Origin: an uncultured Armatimonadetes bacterium
Lineage (GTDB): Bacteria > Armatimonadota > UBA5829 > DTJY01
Direction of reading: 5' to 3'
Assembly (NCBI GenBank): GCA_963717145.1
Contig: OY970325.1
Span: 4,384,001-4,448,000 of the forward strand
DNA length: 64,000 nucleotides
How positions within the stretch are numbered: the first letter of the stretch is position 1; each line of letters opens with the position of its first letter. Both the position numbers and the translations under genes were made by a program. Below are positions 19,318 through 29,326 of the stretch, one piece after another. Under the pieces are notes generated by a model. That model was not told where the DNA came from. It was given only the letters and a program-made list of their open reading frames with translations, and did not search any database.

Positions 19318-20598
19318 TTGGATACGATCTATGTAGCCGGCGGACAGAGACTAGAGGGCGAATTTCGGGTCAATGGGAGCAAGAACGGCACCTTGGCGAT
19401 CATGGCCGGAGCATTGCTTGCGGAGGATGTGACGGTTCTGGAGAATGTCCCCCGGATCGGGGACATCCACACGATGGTCGAGATGCTTCAGCAACTCGGC
19501 GTCAGGACCAGGATCGAAGGGAATACCGTCGAGATAGACGCCTCCCGGATCGATACGAACGAAGCCCCCTATGAGCTTGTCAAGAAGATGCGCGCGTCGT
19601 TCTGCGTCGCCGCGCCTCTTGTCGCGAGACTCGGATCAGCTAAGATCCCAATGCCGGGCGGGTGCGACATCGGCGCGCGGCCTGTCGACTTCCACGTCAA
19701 AGGCTTGCAGGCCCTCGGCGCCAAGGTGAGCATCGAACACGGTTACGTCACCGCCGAAGCAGATAAGTTCCGGGGCTCGGAGGTTTACCTCGATTTCCCC
19801 AGCGCAGGAGCTACTCAGCACCTGATGACCGCAGCGGCCCTCGCGGAAGGCATCACCCGGATAGAGAACGTCGCTCAGGAGCCCGAAGTCGTCGACCTGG
19901 CCAACTTCCTGATCGCGATGGGTGCGAAGATCCGAGGCCATGGCACGGGCACAATCGAAATCGAGGGAGTCAAGAGGCTTCACGGTGTGACCTACCCGAT
20001 GATCCCGGACCGCATGGAAGCCGGCACATTCGCGATCGCCGTCGCTATCACCCGGGGTGATGTTGTTATGCGGGGCGCATTCGCCGAGCATTGCACGGCG
20101 GTGCTGCAGAAGCTGCACGAAGCCGGCATCAAGTGCACCTCGGGCGATGACTGGATCCGTGTGTGCACCGACCGACGACCCCGTGCCGTGGATATCAAGA
20201 CTATGCCGCACCCAGGCTTCCCGACCGACATGCAGCAGCCGTTCGGCGCTCTGCTCTCCGTCGCGGAGGGGACTTCCGTCATCAGCGAGAACGTCTACGA
20301 GCGCAGGTTCAGGTACGTCTCCGAGCTGCAAAGGATGGGATCGGACATCGTTCAGGAGGGTCGCACTGCCATCATCAAGGGCGTGCCCAAACTGACAGGC
20401 GCGGAGGTGACCGCCACCGACCTGCGCGCGGGCGCCGCATTGATCATCGCGGGACTCGCTGCCGAGGGACGCACCGAGATAACCGGCGTCGAGCATCTCG
20501 ATCGCGGCTATGAGGACATTGTGGGCAAGCTGGCAAGCCTCGGCGCGGAGATAGTCCGTGTGGATACCGAGGCCAAGCCTGCGGTGAAGGAAGCGTAG
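19318..20598 (+). CDS. murA: UDP-N-acetylglucosamine 1-carboxyvinyltransferase
   Basis: GSKN, MRAS, PGGCDIGARPVDFH, PGFPTDMQ, DLRAGA and HLDRGY; TTG start after GGAGGA. Confidence 0.97.
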   Translation: MDTIYVAGGQRLEGEFRVNGSKNGTLAIMAGALLAEDVTVLENVPRIGDIHTMVEMLQQLGVRTRIEGNTVEIDASRIDTNEAPYELVKKMRASFCVAAPLVARLGSAKIPMPGGCDIGARPVDFHVKGLQALGAKVSIEHGYVTAEADKFRGSEVYLDFPSAGATQHLMTAAALAEGITRIENVAQEPEVVDLANFLIAMGAKIRGHGTGTIEIEGVKRLHGVTYPMIPDRMEAGTFAIAVAITRGDVVMRGAFAEHCTAVLQKLHEAGIKCTSGDDWIRVCTDRRPRAVDIKTMPHPGFPTDMQQPFGALLSVAEGTSVISENVYERRFRYVSELQRMGSDIVQEGRTAIIKGVPKLTGAEVTATDLRAGAALIIAGLAAEGRTEITGVEHLDRGYEDIVGKLASLGAEIVRVDTEAKPAVKEA

Positions 20599-20624
20599 CT
20601 CCCGGTTCGATGTATGTACATTCA

Positions 20625-20654
20625 GACGCCCCGTCTCAGATGAGGCGGGGCGTT
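20625..20654 (+). terminator. hairpin after murA
   Basis: ACGCCCCGTCTCA/TGAGGCGGGGCGT stem. Confidence 0.55.
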
Positions 20655-20704
20655 CCTGTACCTCCGGCGACCCGTCGGAATCCTGTGTAGCGCAAAATTT
20701 CCTC

Positions 20705-20735
20705 TTGACTCTCCCGTTACTGGAAGGTGTATTCT
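20705..20735 (+). promoter_or_regulatory. MerR-type promoter/operator
   Basis: TTGACT-19 bp-TATTCT with an imperfect dyad in the long spacer, typical of MerR-controlled promoters. Confidence 0.75.
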
Positions 20736-20765
20736 GTATCTGCAAGCCCGGAACGAGGAGATGCG

Positions 20766-21602
20766 ATGTTCAAGATAGGCGATTTCTCCAAAATGGCCCG
20801 CGTGTCGGTCAAGACGCTTCGTTACTACGACGAAGTCGGCTTGATCGCCCCGGCGCGCGTGGACGAGTTCACCGGCTATCGTTACTACTCGGCCGATCAG
20901 CTGCCGAGGCTCAACCGAATCCTTGCGCTGAAGGACCTCGGGTTTTCGCTGGAGCAGATCGCCCGCCTGCTGGATGACGGCCTGCCCGCAGTGCACATTC
21001 GCGAGTTGCTCGCGCTCAGGCAGACGGAGATCCGCGAGCAGATCGAGGCCGACAAGCTCAGGCTCGAACTCGTAGAGATGCGTCTCACGCAGATCGAGCG
21101 GGAGGGTGCCATGCCGGTCCATGATGTGACCGTCAGGAGCATCGAGCCCTTCACGATAGCTTCGGTTCGCGATGTCATCCCGACGTATGACTACACCGGG
21201 CAGTTGTTCGGCGAGTTGATGGGATACCTGATGAGTCACAGGGTGAAGTTCGACGGACCGCCGATGGGGCTCTGCCACGATACGGAGTACAAGGAAGAGG
21301 ATGTCGATATGGAGGTCGCCACGCCGGTCGATCCTACCGCCGTCGGATCGGATCGGATCAAGGTCTATGAGCTTCCGAGGATCGAGACCGCCGCCTGCCT
21401 CGTCCACAAGGGAGACTATCATCTCCTTCCCGAGTCATATGAGGCTCTGATGAACTGGATCGGGGCTAACGGCTACCAGATCGCAGGCACTGATCGGCAG
21501 ATCTATCTGCGCACGTTCGCCGATGTCGCCGATCCATCGGATTGCCTCACCGAGATTCAGTTCCCAGTCGTCAAAGCTATGGAGGTGGAGAATGAGCGAT
21601 AG
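20766..21602 (+). CDS. MerR family regulator with GyrI-like effector domain (BmrR-like)
   Basis: FKIGDFSKMARVSVKTLRYYD HTH; C-terminal HKGDY...TEIQFPV. Confidence 0.92.
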   Translation: MFKIGDFSKMARVSVKTLRYYDEVGLIAPARVDEFTGYRYYSADQLPRLNRILALKDLGFSLEQIARLLDDGLPAVHIRELLALRQTEIREQIEADKLRLELVEMRLTQIEREGAMPVHDVTVRSIEPFTIASVRDVIPTYDYTGQLFGELMGYLMSHRVKFDGPPMGLCHDTEYKEEDVDMEVATPVDPTAVGSDRIKVYELPRIETAACLVHKGDYHLLPESYEALMNWIGANGYQIAGTDRQIYLRTFADVADPSDCLTEIQFPVVKAMEVENER

Positions 21603-22437
21603 GAGAAGCTTGCAGGACAGGCTGGAGGTTGCCACCAGGCGGTGGTGGTTCTGGCTGATCGTCGTCCTCATCCAATGCTCATGGCCGATCACGACGTTTG
21701 AGTACGACCGTGCTCAGACTCCGCAGGTCATCGGCGAGATCCTGCGCAAGGCATACTCGTGCAAGCCCGTGTTGCAGACTCTGTTCCCGATAGCCAACCT
21801 GACGGCGATAGCGATGGTAGCCGGAGCATTCATCTTCAGAAGCCGATGGGAACGACCCTTCGCGATCTATGCCGGCGTGTCCTATCTGCTGTTCAACTTC
21901 GTGCAAAACGTAGCCTGGTCGCCAAGAGGCGTGGGGATTGTGACCAACAACGTTATCATGTATCTGCTGGTGGCGCTGGCATGGTTCCTGGATGTGGGCG
22001 CGCGCAGGACCGACTTCCGGTCGATGAGGTTCACACCCGGGCGCGTCTGGGTGATACCACTCGCGATGCTGGCCTTCTGGTATCCGATCAGCTTTCCCTC
22101 TATGAAGCCGGACTTCAGTCCGCTGCATGCGATCCTCGGACCGACCGGGCTGGCGTTCTGCCTCATGACGCCGGTGTTTCTCGCCGTCCTGATCCTGTGC
22201 TATCCACGCGCCAACCTGGTGACGCTGAGAGTGACCGGCATCTTCGGTGTGATCATCGCACTATATAATCTCATGTTCATAATGATGCATCCGGCCACCC
22301 TCTGGTGGAACGGAGTCCTGCACGCACCGCTGTTCCTGATATCGCTCTACGCCACGATACTCGGATACAAGAGGCAGCCGGCAAAGGAGGAAGCTCATGC
22401 CAGCCAGATCGAAAGATCAGTCGCCCAGAATCTATGA
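21592..22437 (+). CDS. multi-pass membrane protein of unknown function
   Basis: About 8 hydrophobic segments; overlaps both neighbours; AFCLMTPV motif. Confidence 0.7.
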   Translation: MSDRRSLQDRLEVATRRWWFWLIVVLIQCSWPITTFEYDRAQTPQVIGEILRKAYSCKPVLQTLFPIANLTAIAMVAGAFIFRSRWERPFAIYAGVSYLLFNFVQNVAWSPRGVGIVTNNVIMYLLVALAWFLDVGARRTDFRSMRFTPGRVWVIPLAMLAFWYPISFPSMKPDFSPLHAILGPTGLAFCLMTPVFLAVLILCYPRANLVTLRVTGIFGVIIALYNLMFIMMHPATLWWNGVLHAPLFLISLYATILGYKRQPAKEEAHASQIERSVAQNL

Positions 22438-22915
22438 GAAGCTATACCAGACGATGGCCGTGGTCACCTCAAAGGGCGATCCGAACGTCGTCGGGGAGAG
22501 CATCTTCCCGGCGCTCTTCGGTTCGGTGTTCACGCTGAAGTTCCAACTCAAGAGGTCCGGGCAGCCTGACTTCAAGGTAACCGGACTGCGCGCGCGGTGG
22601 CCGGATGCCCACCTAGTCCCGAAGGACCAGTGGACCGGCCACTGGGGTCTTCCGATCCCCGACAGCACGACCGAGTTGCCTGCGAAAGTGCCGGAGCCGA
22701 AGGTCACGATCGAGCGGTGGGAGTACGGCACGGTCGCCGAGATCCTCCACCTCGGGCTGTACACCGAGGAAGGCCCGACCATCGAGCGGCTGCACAAGTT
22801 CATCGAGGAGAGCGGCTACGAGATCGCAGGCGTCCACGAGGAGGAGTACCTGACTCGTCCGGATGCCAAAGTGCCGAAGACGCTGATCCGGTATCCGGTG
22901 CGGCGGAAGGAGTAG
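22397..22915 (+). CDS. stand-alone GyrI-like small-molecule-binding protein
   Basis: LHLGLYTEEGPTIERLH...HEEEYL...TLIRYPV. Confidence 0.8.
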   Translation: MPARSKDQSPRIYEKLYQTMAVVTSKGDPNVVGESIFPALFGSVFTLKFQLKRSGQPDFKVTGLRARWPDAHLVPKDQWTGHWGLPIPDSTTELPAKVPEPKVTIERWEYGTVAEILHLGLYTEEGPTIERLHKFIEESGYEIAGVHEEEYLTRPDAKVPKTLIRYPVRRKE

Positions 22916-23019
22916 CGGAGTATGGGAGTATGGGAGTATGGGGGTATGGGAGTATGGGAGTGTGGGAGTGTGGGAGTATGGGCGACTTGGACTCCCACAC
23001 CCCCATACTCCCATACTCC
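22916..23019. repeat. inverted octamer tandem-repeat element (GGGAGTAT/ATACTCCC)
   Basis: About 8 GGGAGTRT units followed by about 3 inverted units. Confidence 0.85.
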
Positions 23020-23036
23020 GCCAGAGAGGAATCATT

Positions 23037-23957
23037 GTGTCTGAGAAGGTTGTCATACAGGTAGAGCATCTGCGCAAGACATATGGCTCGGTCACGGCCG
23101 TCGACGACATCTCGTTCGAGGTCTACCAGGGCGAGATCTTCGGCATCGTCGGGCCGAACGGGGCGGGCAAGACGACCACCATCGAGTGCATCGAGGGATT
23201 GCGTAGTCCCGACGGCGGCCGTATCAGGGTGCTCGGCCTCGATCCGCAGCGCGATGGAAAGGCGCTCTGGCCGCGAATCGGTGTCCAGCTCCAGCAATCG
23301 GCTCTCCAAGAGCGCATGAAGGTGTGGGAGGCGATCGATCTCTTCGCATCACTCTACCCGTGCTCGGTGGACTGGCGGGAGTTGCTCGAGCGGCTGGGCC
23401 TTACAGAGAAGCGCGACTCCATGTTCTGCCAACTCTCCGGCGGCCAGAAGCAGCGACTCTTCATTGCGCTGGCACTTGTGAATGACCCCGAGGTGGTGTT
23501 CCCAGATGAGTTGACCACCGGCCTGGACCCTCAGGCACGGCACGCGATGTGGGACCTCATACGCTCCATTCGCGATCGAGGCAAGACGGTGGTCCTGACG
23601 ACGCATTTCATGGAGGAGGCCGAGCGCCTCTGCGACCGTGTGGCGATCGTCGATCATGGGCGCATTGTGGCGCTCGACACACCCTCGAATCTGATCAGTG
23701 GCCTCGGGGTGGGGACGCGCGTGGTCTTTACGATGGAAGCGCCACTCGACGTCGATGCGCTGCGTCGATCAGTCGAGATTGACCGGATCGAGCAGGAGGG
23801 CGATAGGATCGCCGTGAACTGCCAGTCGAACCAGCAACTCGCACAGCTCATCAACACGCTTGTGTCGAATGGCTCGCGTTTCCGCGACCTGCGGACCGAG
23901 CAGCCGACGCTGGAGGACGTTTTCCTGGCCACGACCGGCCGGGCCATGAGGGACTAG
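23037..23957 (+). CDS. ABC transporter ATP-binding protein (DrrA-like)
   Basis: GPNGAGKTT, LSGGQ and LTTH; Walker B reads VVFPDE. Confidence 0.9.
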   Translation: MSEKVVIQVEHLRKTYGSVTAVDDISFEVYQGEIFGIVGPNGAGKTTTIECIEGLRSPDGGRIRVLGLDPQRDGKALWPRIGVQLQQSALQERMKVWEAIDLFASLYPCSVDWRELLERLGLTEKRDSMFCQLSGGQKQRLFIALALVNDPEVVFPDELTTGLDPQARHAMWDLIRSIRDRGKTVVLTTHFMEEAERLCDRVAIVDHGRIVALDTPSNLISGLGVGTRVVFTMEAPLDVDALRRSVEIDRIEQEGDRIAVNCQSNQQLAQLINTLVSNGSRFRDLRTEQPTLEDVFLATTGRAMRD

Positions 23958-23963
23958 AGGGAT

Positions 23964-24123
23964 ATGGGAGATGGTTGATGGTTGATGGTTGATGGTTCAT
24001 GGGAACCGGTTTCGCAACCCACCGTTCGGGAGGGAGTTGGACTCCCTCCCGCAGGACTCAATGGGGAGTTGAACTCCCAGCCCGGTATTGCGGGAGGGAG
24101 TCCAACTCCCTCCCGAACGGTGG
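23964..24123. repeat. heptamer run plus GGGAGGGAG-family REP doublet
   Basis: (GATGGTT)n at 23964-24002; inverted arms 24019-24123 around a degenerate third unit. Confidence 0.8.
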
Positions 24124-24146
24124 TTTGAAGATAGGAGACACGTGCA

Positions 24147-24890
24147 GTGCGTTCATTCTGGAAGCTAGCCTGGACCGAGATGAAGGTCGTCATGCGCGAG
24201 CCGATGTCCGTGTTCTTCACAATCGCGTTCGCCCCGTTGCTGATGAGCCTGTTCGGCATGATCTTCGGGAACAAGCCGATGTCCGATCACAGTCGGTTCG
24301 GCTACATCGATGCCTCGGTTGCCGCATACATCGGGATGACCATCGCCACCGCGGGACTCATGCACCTGCCCGTCACAGTGGCGACGTACCGGGAGAAGTC
24401 GATCCTGCGCCGGCTGAAGATCACTCCGCTCTCCCCTCAGGCGATCCTCGGCGCCCAGCTGGTCGTGATGCTTCTGATGACGATGTTCGGGACCGGACTG
24501 CTGGTCATCCTGGGGAAGGCGGTTTTCCACCTTCGATTCGCGGGGAACGTGCTGAGCGTGACTGCCGGTCTCATCCTATCCTGCCTGAGCTTTTTCACAC
24601 TGGGGTTCGTGCTTGCCGGACTAGCCAGGTCCGCGAGGATCGCGCAGACCGCCTCGATGATCATCTACTTCCCGATGCTGTTCCTGTCCGGCGCGACGAT
24701 CCCCAGAGACGCCATGCCGAAGACGATCCAGCACTTCTCGGAGTACCTGCCCCTCACGCATGTGGTCACCCTCCTGCGAGGGCTCTGGTTCGGTGAGGCA
24801 TGGGGCAAGCACCTCACAGAGGTAGGAGTCCTCGTCGGCATGCTCATCATCGGCGTCCTGATCTCCGCCAAGACCTTCCGCTGGGAGTAG
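24147..24890 (+). CDS. ABC-2 type transporter permease
   Basis: YREKSILRRLKITP, FLSGATIP, LPLTH and FRWE C-terminus. Confidence 0.9.
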   Translation: MRSFWKLAWTEMKVVMREPMSVFFTIAFAPLLMSLFGMIFGNKPMSDHSRFGYIDASVAAYIGMTIATAGLMHLPVTVATYREKSILRRLKITPLSPQAILGAQLVVMLLMTMFGTGLLVILGKAVFHLRFAGNVLSVTAGLILSCLSFFTLGFVLAGLARSARIAQTASMIIYFPMLFLSGATIPRDAMPKTIQHFSEYLPLTHVVTLLRGLWFGEAWGKHLTEVGVLVGMLIIGVLISAKTFRWE

Positions 24891-24989
24891 AGAGACAAGT
24901 CCTCGTATAGCATCTCCGGGTTTAGGCCTGTGCCCTCCGAGCCGATAATAGTGTATAGGTGTTGACAATGTCTGTCGTCTGCACTACTG

Positions 24990-25018
24990 TTGACAAAAGC
25001 CGATAACAGCGCTATACT
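24990..25018 (+). promoter_or_regulatory. sigma70-type promoter with overlapping inverted repeat
   Basis: TTGACA-17 bp-TATACT; CTGTT...AACAG dyad spans the -35 and spacer; second TTGACA at 24962. Confidence 0.7.
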
Positions 25019-25039
25019 GGAGCTGAGAGGAGGAGGAGC

Positions 25040-26161
25040 ATGGACACCAATACCATCGGCAGCAACATCCGCAGAATGCGTTTGGCGCGCGGGCTCACCC
25101 AGGAAGATGTGGCGGCAGGAGCGGCGGTAAGCGTCGCCGGATTCCGCAACTACGAATCCGGGCGAGCGATACCCAAGGTCAACACCCTGATGGCCATCGG
25201 CAGGCAGTTGGGCGCAGGCCTTAACGACCTGGTTGCTGAGCCCCGCCACCTATCCGCCGTGAGGTTTCGAGCGCACAGGAAGCTGAACACCCGCGAGCAG
25301 ATCCTGTTCGATGTCGCCAACTGGCTGGATGATTTCGTGAGTCTGGAGGAGATCACCCAGGACAAGACGCAGTGGAGACTCCGCGGTCTGAGGGCCGGGA
25401 CTCCGGAACAAATGGCGGCTCAGGTCCGCGCTGCGCTTGAATTGGCCGGCCAGCCTGTCAGGGATATCTGTGGCCTCATGGAGAGCTGCGGAGTCAAGGT
25501 CCTTCCCCGACCTGTAGCCTCCGAGTTCTTCTTCGGGTTGTCCATCGGGCCTGCTGATGGGGGGCCGGCGATCATCGTGAACACATGGGAGCGCATACCG
25601 GTTGAGAGATGGATATTCAGCGCGGCACACGAACTGGGCCACATCCTCATGCACGCAGAGTCCTTCGACGTTAACAAGCAGGAGGAGGTCGATCAGCAGG
25701 AAGACGAAGCCAATTGTTTTGCCTCTCGCTTCCTGATGCCGGATCAGCTTTTCGACCGGGAGTGGGCAGAGGCTTCCGGCTTGCCGTTTCTCGATCGCGT
25801 CCTCAAGATCAAGAGGATGCTTCGAGTGAGCTATGCAACCGTTCTGTACCGCCTCCACGAGCAAGGGTATCCCCGTGTCTGGGAATCGTTCTACGGCCAG
25901 TATCAGCGCCGGTATGGGCACTCTCTCTCCCGAAAAGACGAACCCAGGCCGCTAGGTCCTGAGGCATTCAGAAAGGTTGTTGAAGACAAGGCCTCGCTTG
26001 AGCCCAAGCGATTGGAGGACATTGACTTCACCGAGGACCGCCTCAGCAAGCTGGTGCGCCAGGCTTTGGAGAGAGAACTGATCACCCGGGATCGAGCTGC
26101 CGAAGTGCTGCGTCTCACGCCCGAGGAGATGGTTCAGCGCATTCAGGACTGGGTTGCCTAG
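25040..26161 (+). CDS. XRE HTH fused to ImmA/IrrE-family metallopeptidase (putative antitoxin)
   Basis: Cro/XRE HTH at the N-terminus; FSAAHELGH (HExxH); EDEANCFASRFLMP. Confidence 0.9.
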   Translation: MDTNTIGSNIRRMRLARGLTQEDVAAGAAVSVAGFRNYESGRAIPKVNTLMAIGRQLGAGLNDLVAEPRHLSAVRFRAHRKLNTREQILFDVANWLDDFVSLEEITQDKTQWRLRGLRAGTPEQMAAQVRAALELAGQPVRDICGLMESCGVKVLPRPVASEFFFGLSIGPADGGPAIIVNTWERIPVERWIFSAAHELGHILMHAESFDVNKQEEVDQQEDEANCFASRFLMPDQLFDREWAEASGLPFLDRVLKIKRMLRVSYATVLYRLHEQGYPRVWESFYGQYQRRYGHSLSRKDEPRPLGPEAFRKVVEDKASLEPKRLEDIDFTEDRLSKLVRQALERELITRDRAAEVLRLTPEEMVQRIQDWVA

Positions 26162-26163
26162 CC

Positions 26164-26647
26164 ATGGACCAGCCGTGTGTTCTGGACGCGTGCGTCCTCA
26201 TCGACTTCTGCCAGGAGGATAGCACTCTACTCATGCTGGCGGGCCGATGCCTCGGGCCCATTGTCGTGCTCTCGCCGATACTGGAGGAAGTGCATGAACT
26301 CGACGCTTCGGAGTGTGCCCGCCTCAACCTGGAGGTGGTCGAGCCAGAAGTCGAGTTGCTCCTCGAGGCCATCATACCGAGAGGCGGGCTTTCCTTGCGT
26401 GACAGGCTGTGTCTCGGCTTTGCGAGAAGGCACTCCTGCCGACTCTACACAAACGACAAGCCGCTACTGAATGCCGCGCTGGCCGATGGGATCGATGCGC
26501 GATGGGGATTGGAGATACTTGTCGAACTGGTCGCGCTTGGCGAATTGAGTTCGAGCTGACGCGATAGACACCGCTCAGGGGATTTGCGGGAGATCCAGGT
26601 TCCCGTCAGACCAACTAGTTGCGGAGTTCAGGCGCAGGCTCAAGTGA
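26164..26647 (+). CDS. PIN-like domain protein (putative toxin), frameshifted near 26551-26554
   Basis: VLDACVLID, LSLRDRLCL and LYTNDKPL; removing 1 nt extends the ORF through ADAIDTAQ...FRRRLK to TGA 26647. Confidence 0.7.
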
Positions 26648-26650
26648 CAG

Positions 26651-26680
26651 AAGGGGCAGCCGGATAGCCGACTGCCCCTT
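26651..26680. terminator. hairpin between convergent PIN gene and groEL
   Basis: AAGGGGCAG/CTGCCCCTT stem. Confidence 0.55.
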
Positions 26681-26704
26681 GACGATGTACCGATTCTCGA
26701 ATGC

Positions 26705-28401
<1,697 letters not shown>

Positions 28402-28686
28402 TTAGCTGCGGATAGCGTAGATGGAGTCTTCGTCGAGGATGATGTACTCCTCGCCCTCCACAGTGACTTCCGTGCCACCGTACTTCGAGTAGACGACGGT
28501 GTCGCCTTCCTTGACGGTCATCGGCTTGCGCTCGCCGTTCTCGAGTACCTTGCCGGGACCTACCGCGATGACGGTGCCTTCCTGAGGCTTCTCCTTCGCG
28601 GTATCGGGAAGAATGATGCCACCTGAGGTCTTCTCCTCCTCAGCCTTTGCCTTGACGATGACCTTATCACCGATCGGTTTCAGCAT
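28402..28686 (-). CDS. groES: co-chaperonin GroES
   Basis: [24 protein letters not shown] and [21 protein letters not shown]. Confidence 0.97.
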   Translation of the reverse strand: MLKPIGDKVIVKAKAEEEKTSGGIILPDTAKEKPQEGTVIAVGPGKVLENGERKPMTVKEGDTVVYSKYGGTEVTVEGEEYIILDEDSIYAIRS

Positions 28687-28730
28687 TGAACGTATCACCT
28701 CCTTGATCTATCGGATTGAAGTTACGAGTG

Positions 28731-28757
28731 CTGGCACTCACACCCGGAGAGTGCTAA
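28731..28757 (-). promoter_or_regulatory. CIRCE element (HrcA operator)
   Basis: TTAGCACTC-N9-GAGTGCCAG on the minus strand upstream of groES. Confidence 0.92.
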
Positions 28758-28769
28758 TGCCAAAGACAT

Positions 28770-28798
28770 ACTATACGCACGTTTGGTCGCCGTGTCAA
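28770..28798 (-). promoter_or_regulatory. sigma70-type promoter of groESL
   Basis: TTGACA-17 bp-TATAGT on the minus strand. Confidence 0.8.
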
Positions 28799-28979
28799 TG
28801 GGTCTGCTGAGGAATTTGCGCAGAAGGTTGGCAGCGCTGCAGCGGTTCATGCCCCGGCAGTCATTGCTGTGTCGGATTCTCCTTGTGCGCCAGAGAGTGT
28901 TCTTCCCAGAAAAAGCTCAGAAAACCAAGCAAGTCCAGAAAAAGCTATGAAAACTCACAGGAATGCGGTATAATCATTC

Positions 28980-29074
28980 TGCTAGGGACAAAAATCGGCT
29001 CCATGCCGTGTGGTCCTGACTAGCTCAGGAGACCCTATATCCCTAGCACTGCCGCGCTAAGCGGCTTTTCTTTT
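28980..29074 (+). ncRNA. candidate small RNA (three-way junction plus terminator), possibly of the DUF3800-associated class
   Basis: TATAAT at 28969-28974; 9-bp closing stem, two internal hairpins, then a GCCGC/GCGGC hairpin with a U-tract. Confidence 0.55.
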
Positions 29075-29187
29075 GTGTAATACACTCCTTCTTTGTCACC
29101 ACTGCTATCACAGTCCCACACGTTCTCGCGTATTGGCCGGATCAGCTCGATGAATCTGTCTTCGCGCTTTTCGTAGCAGCGCTGCAT
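29035..29187 (-). pseudogene. 50-aa remnant resembling the C-terminus of DUF3800 proteins
   Basis: MQRCYEKREDRFIELIRPIRENVWDCD...GVYYTKEKPL; in-frame stop just upstream; family call from recalled motif only. Confidence 0.35.
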
Positions 29188-29326
29188 ACCACATAGTTTC
29201 GAGACCGCATATCAGTCCCTGCTGAGGGGGTCGACGTAGCTCCCGATTTTGCTGGATGGAACCTCCTGCATCTGCTATAATGTACCTGGCTGTGACTGCC
29301 TCAAATCCACACAGCAGGGAACGACA

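Noticed and set aside
22613-23309. ORFs with PILPYSHT or GVWEYGS repeats
   Set aside because: Translations of the non-coding octamer tandem repeat
28980-29048. tRNA or ribozyme identity for the candidate sRNA
   Set aside because: Only two internal arms, no TTCRA loop, no CCA end and no hammerhead core
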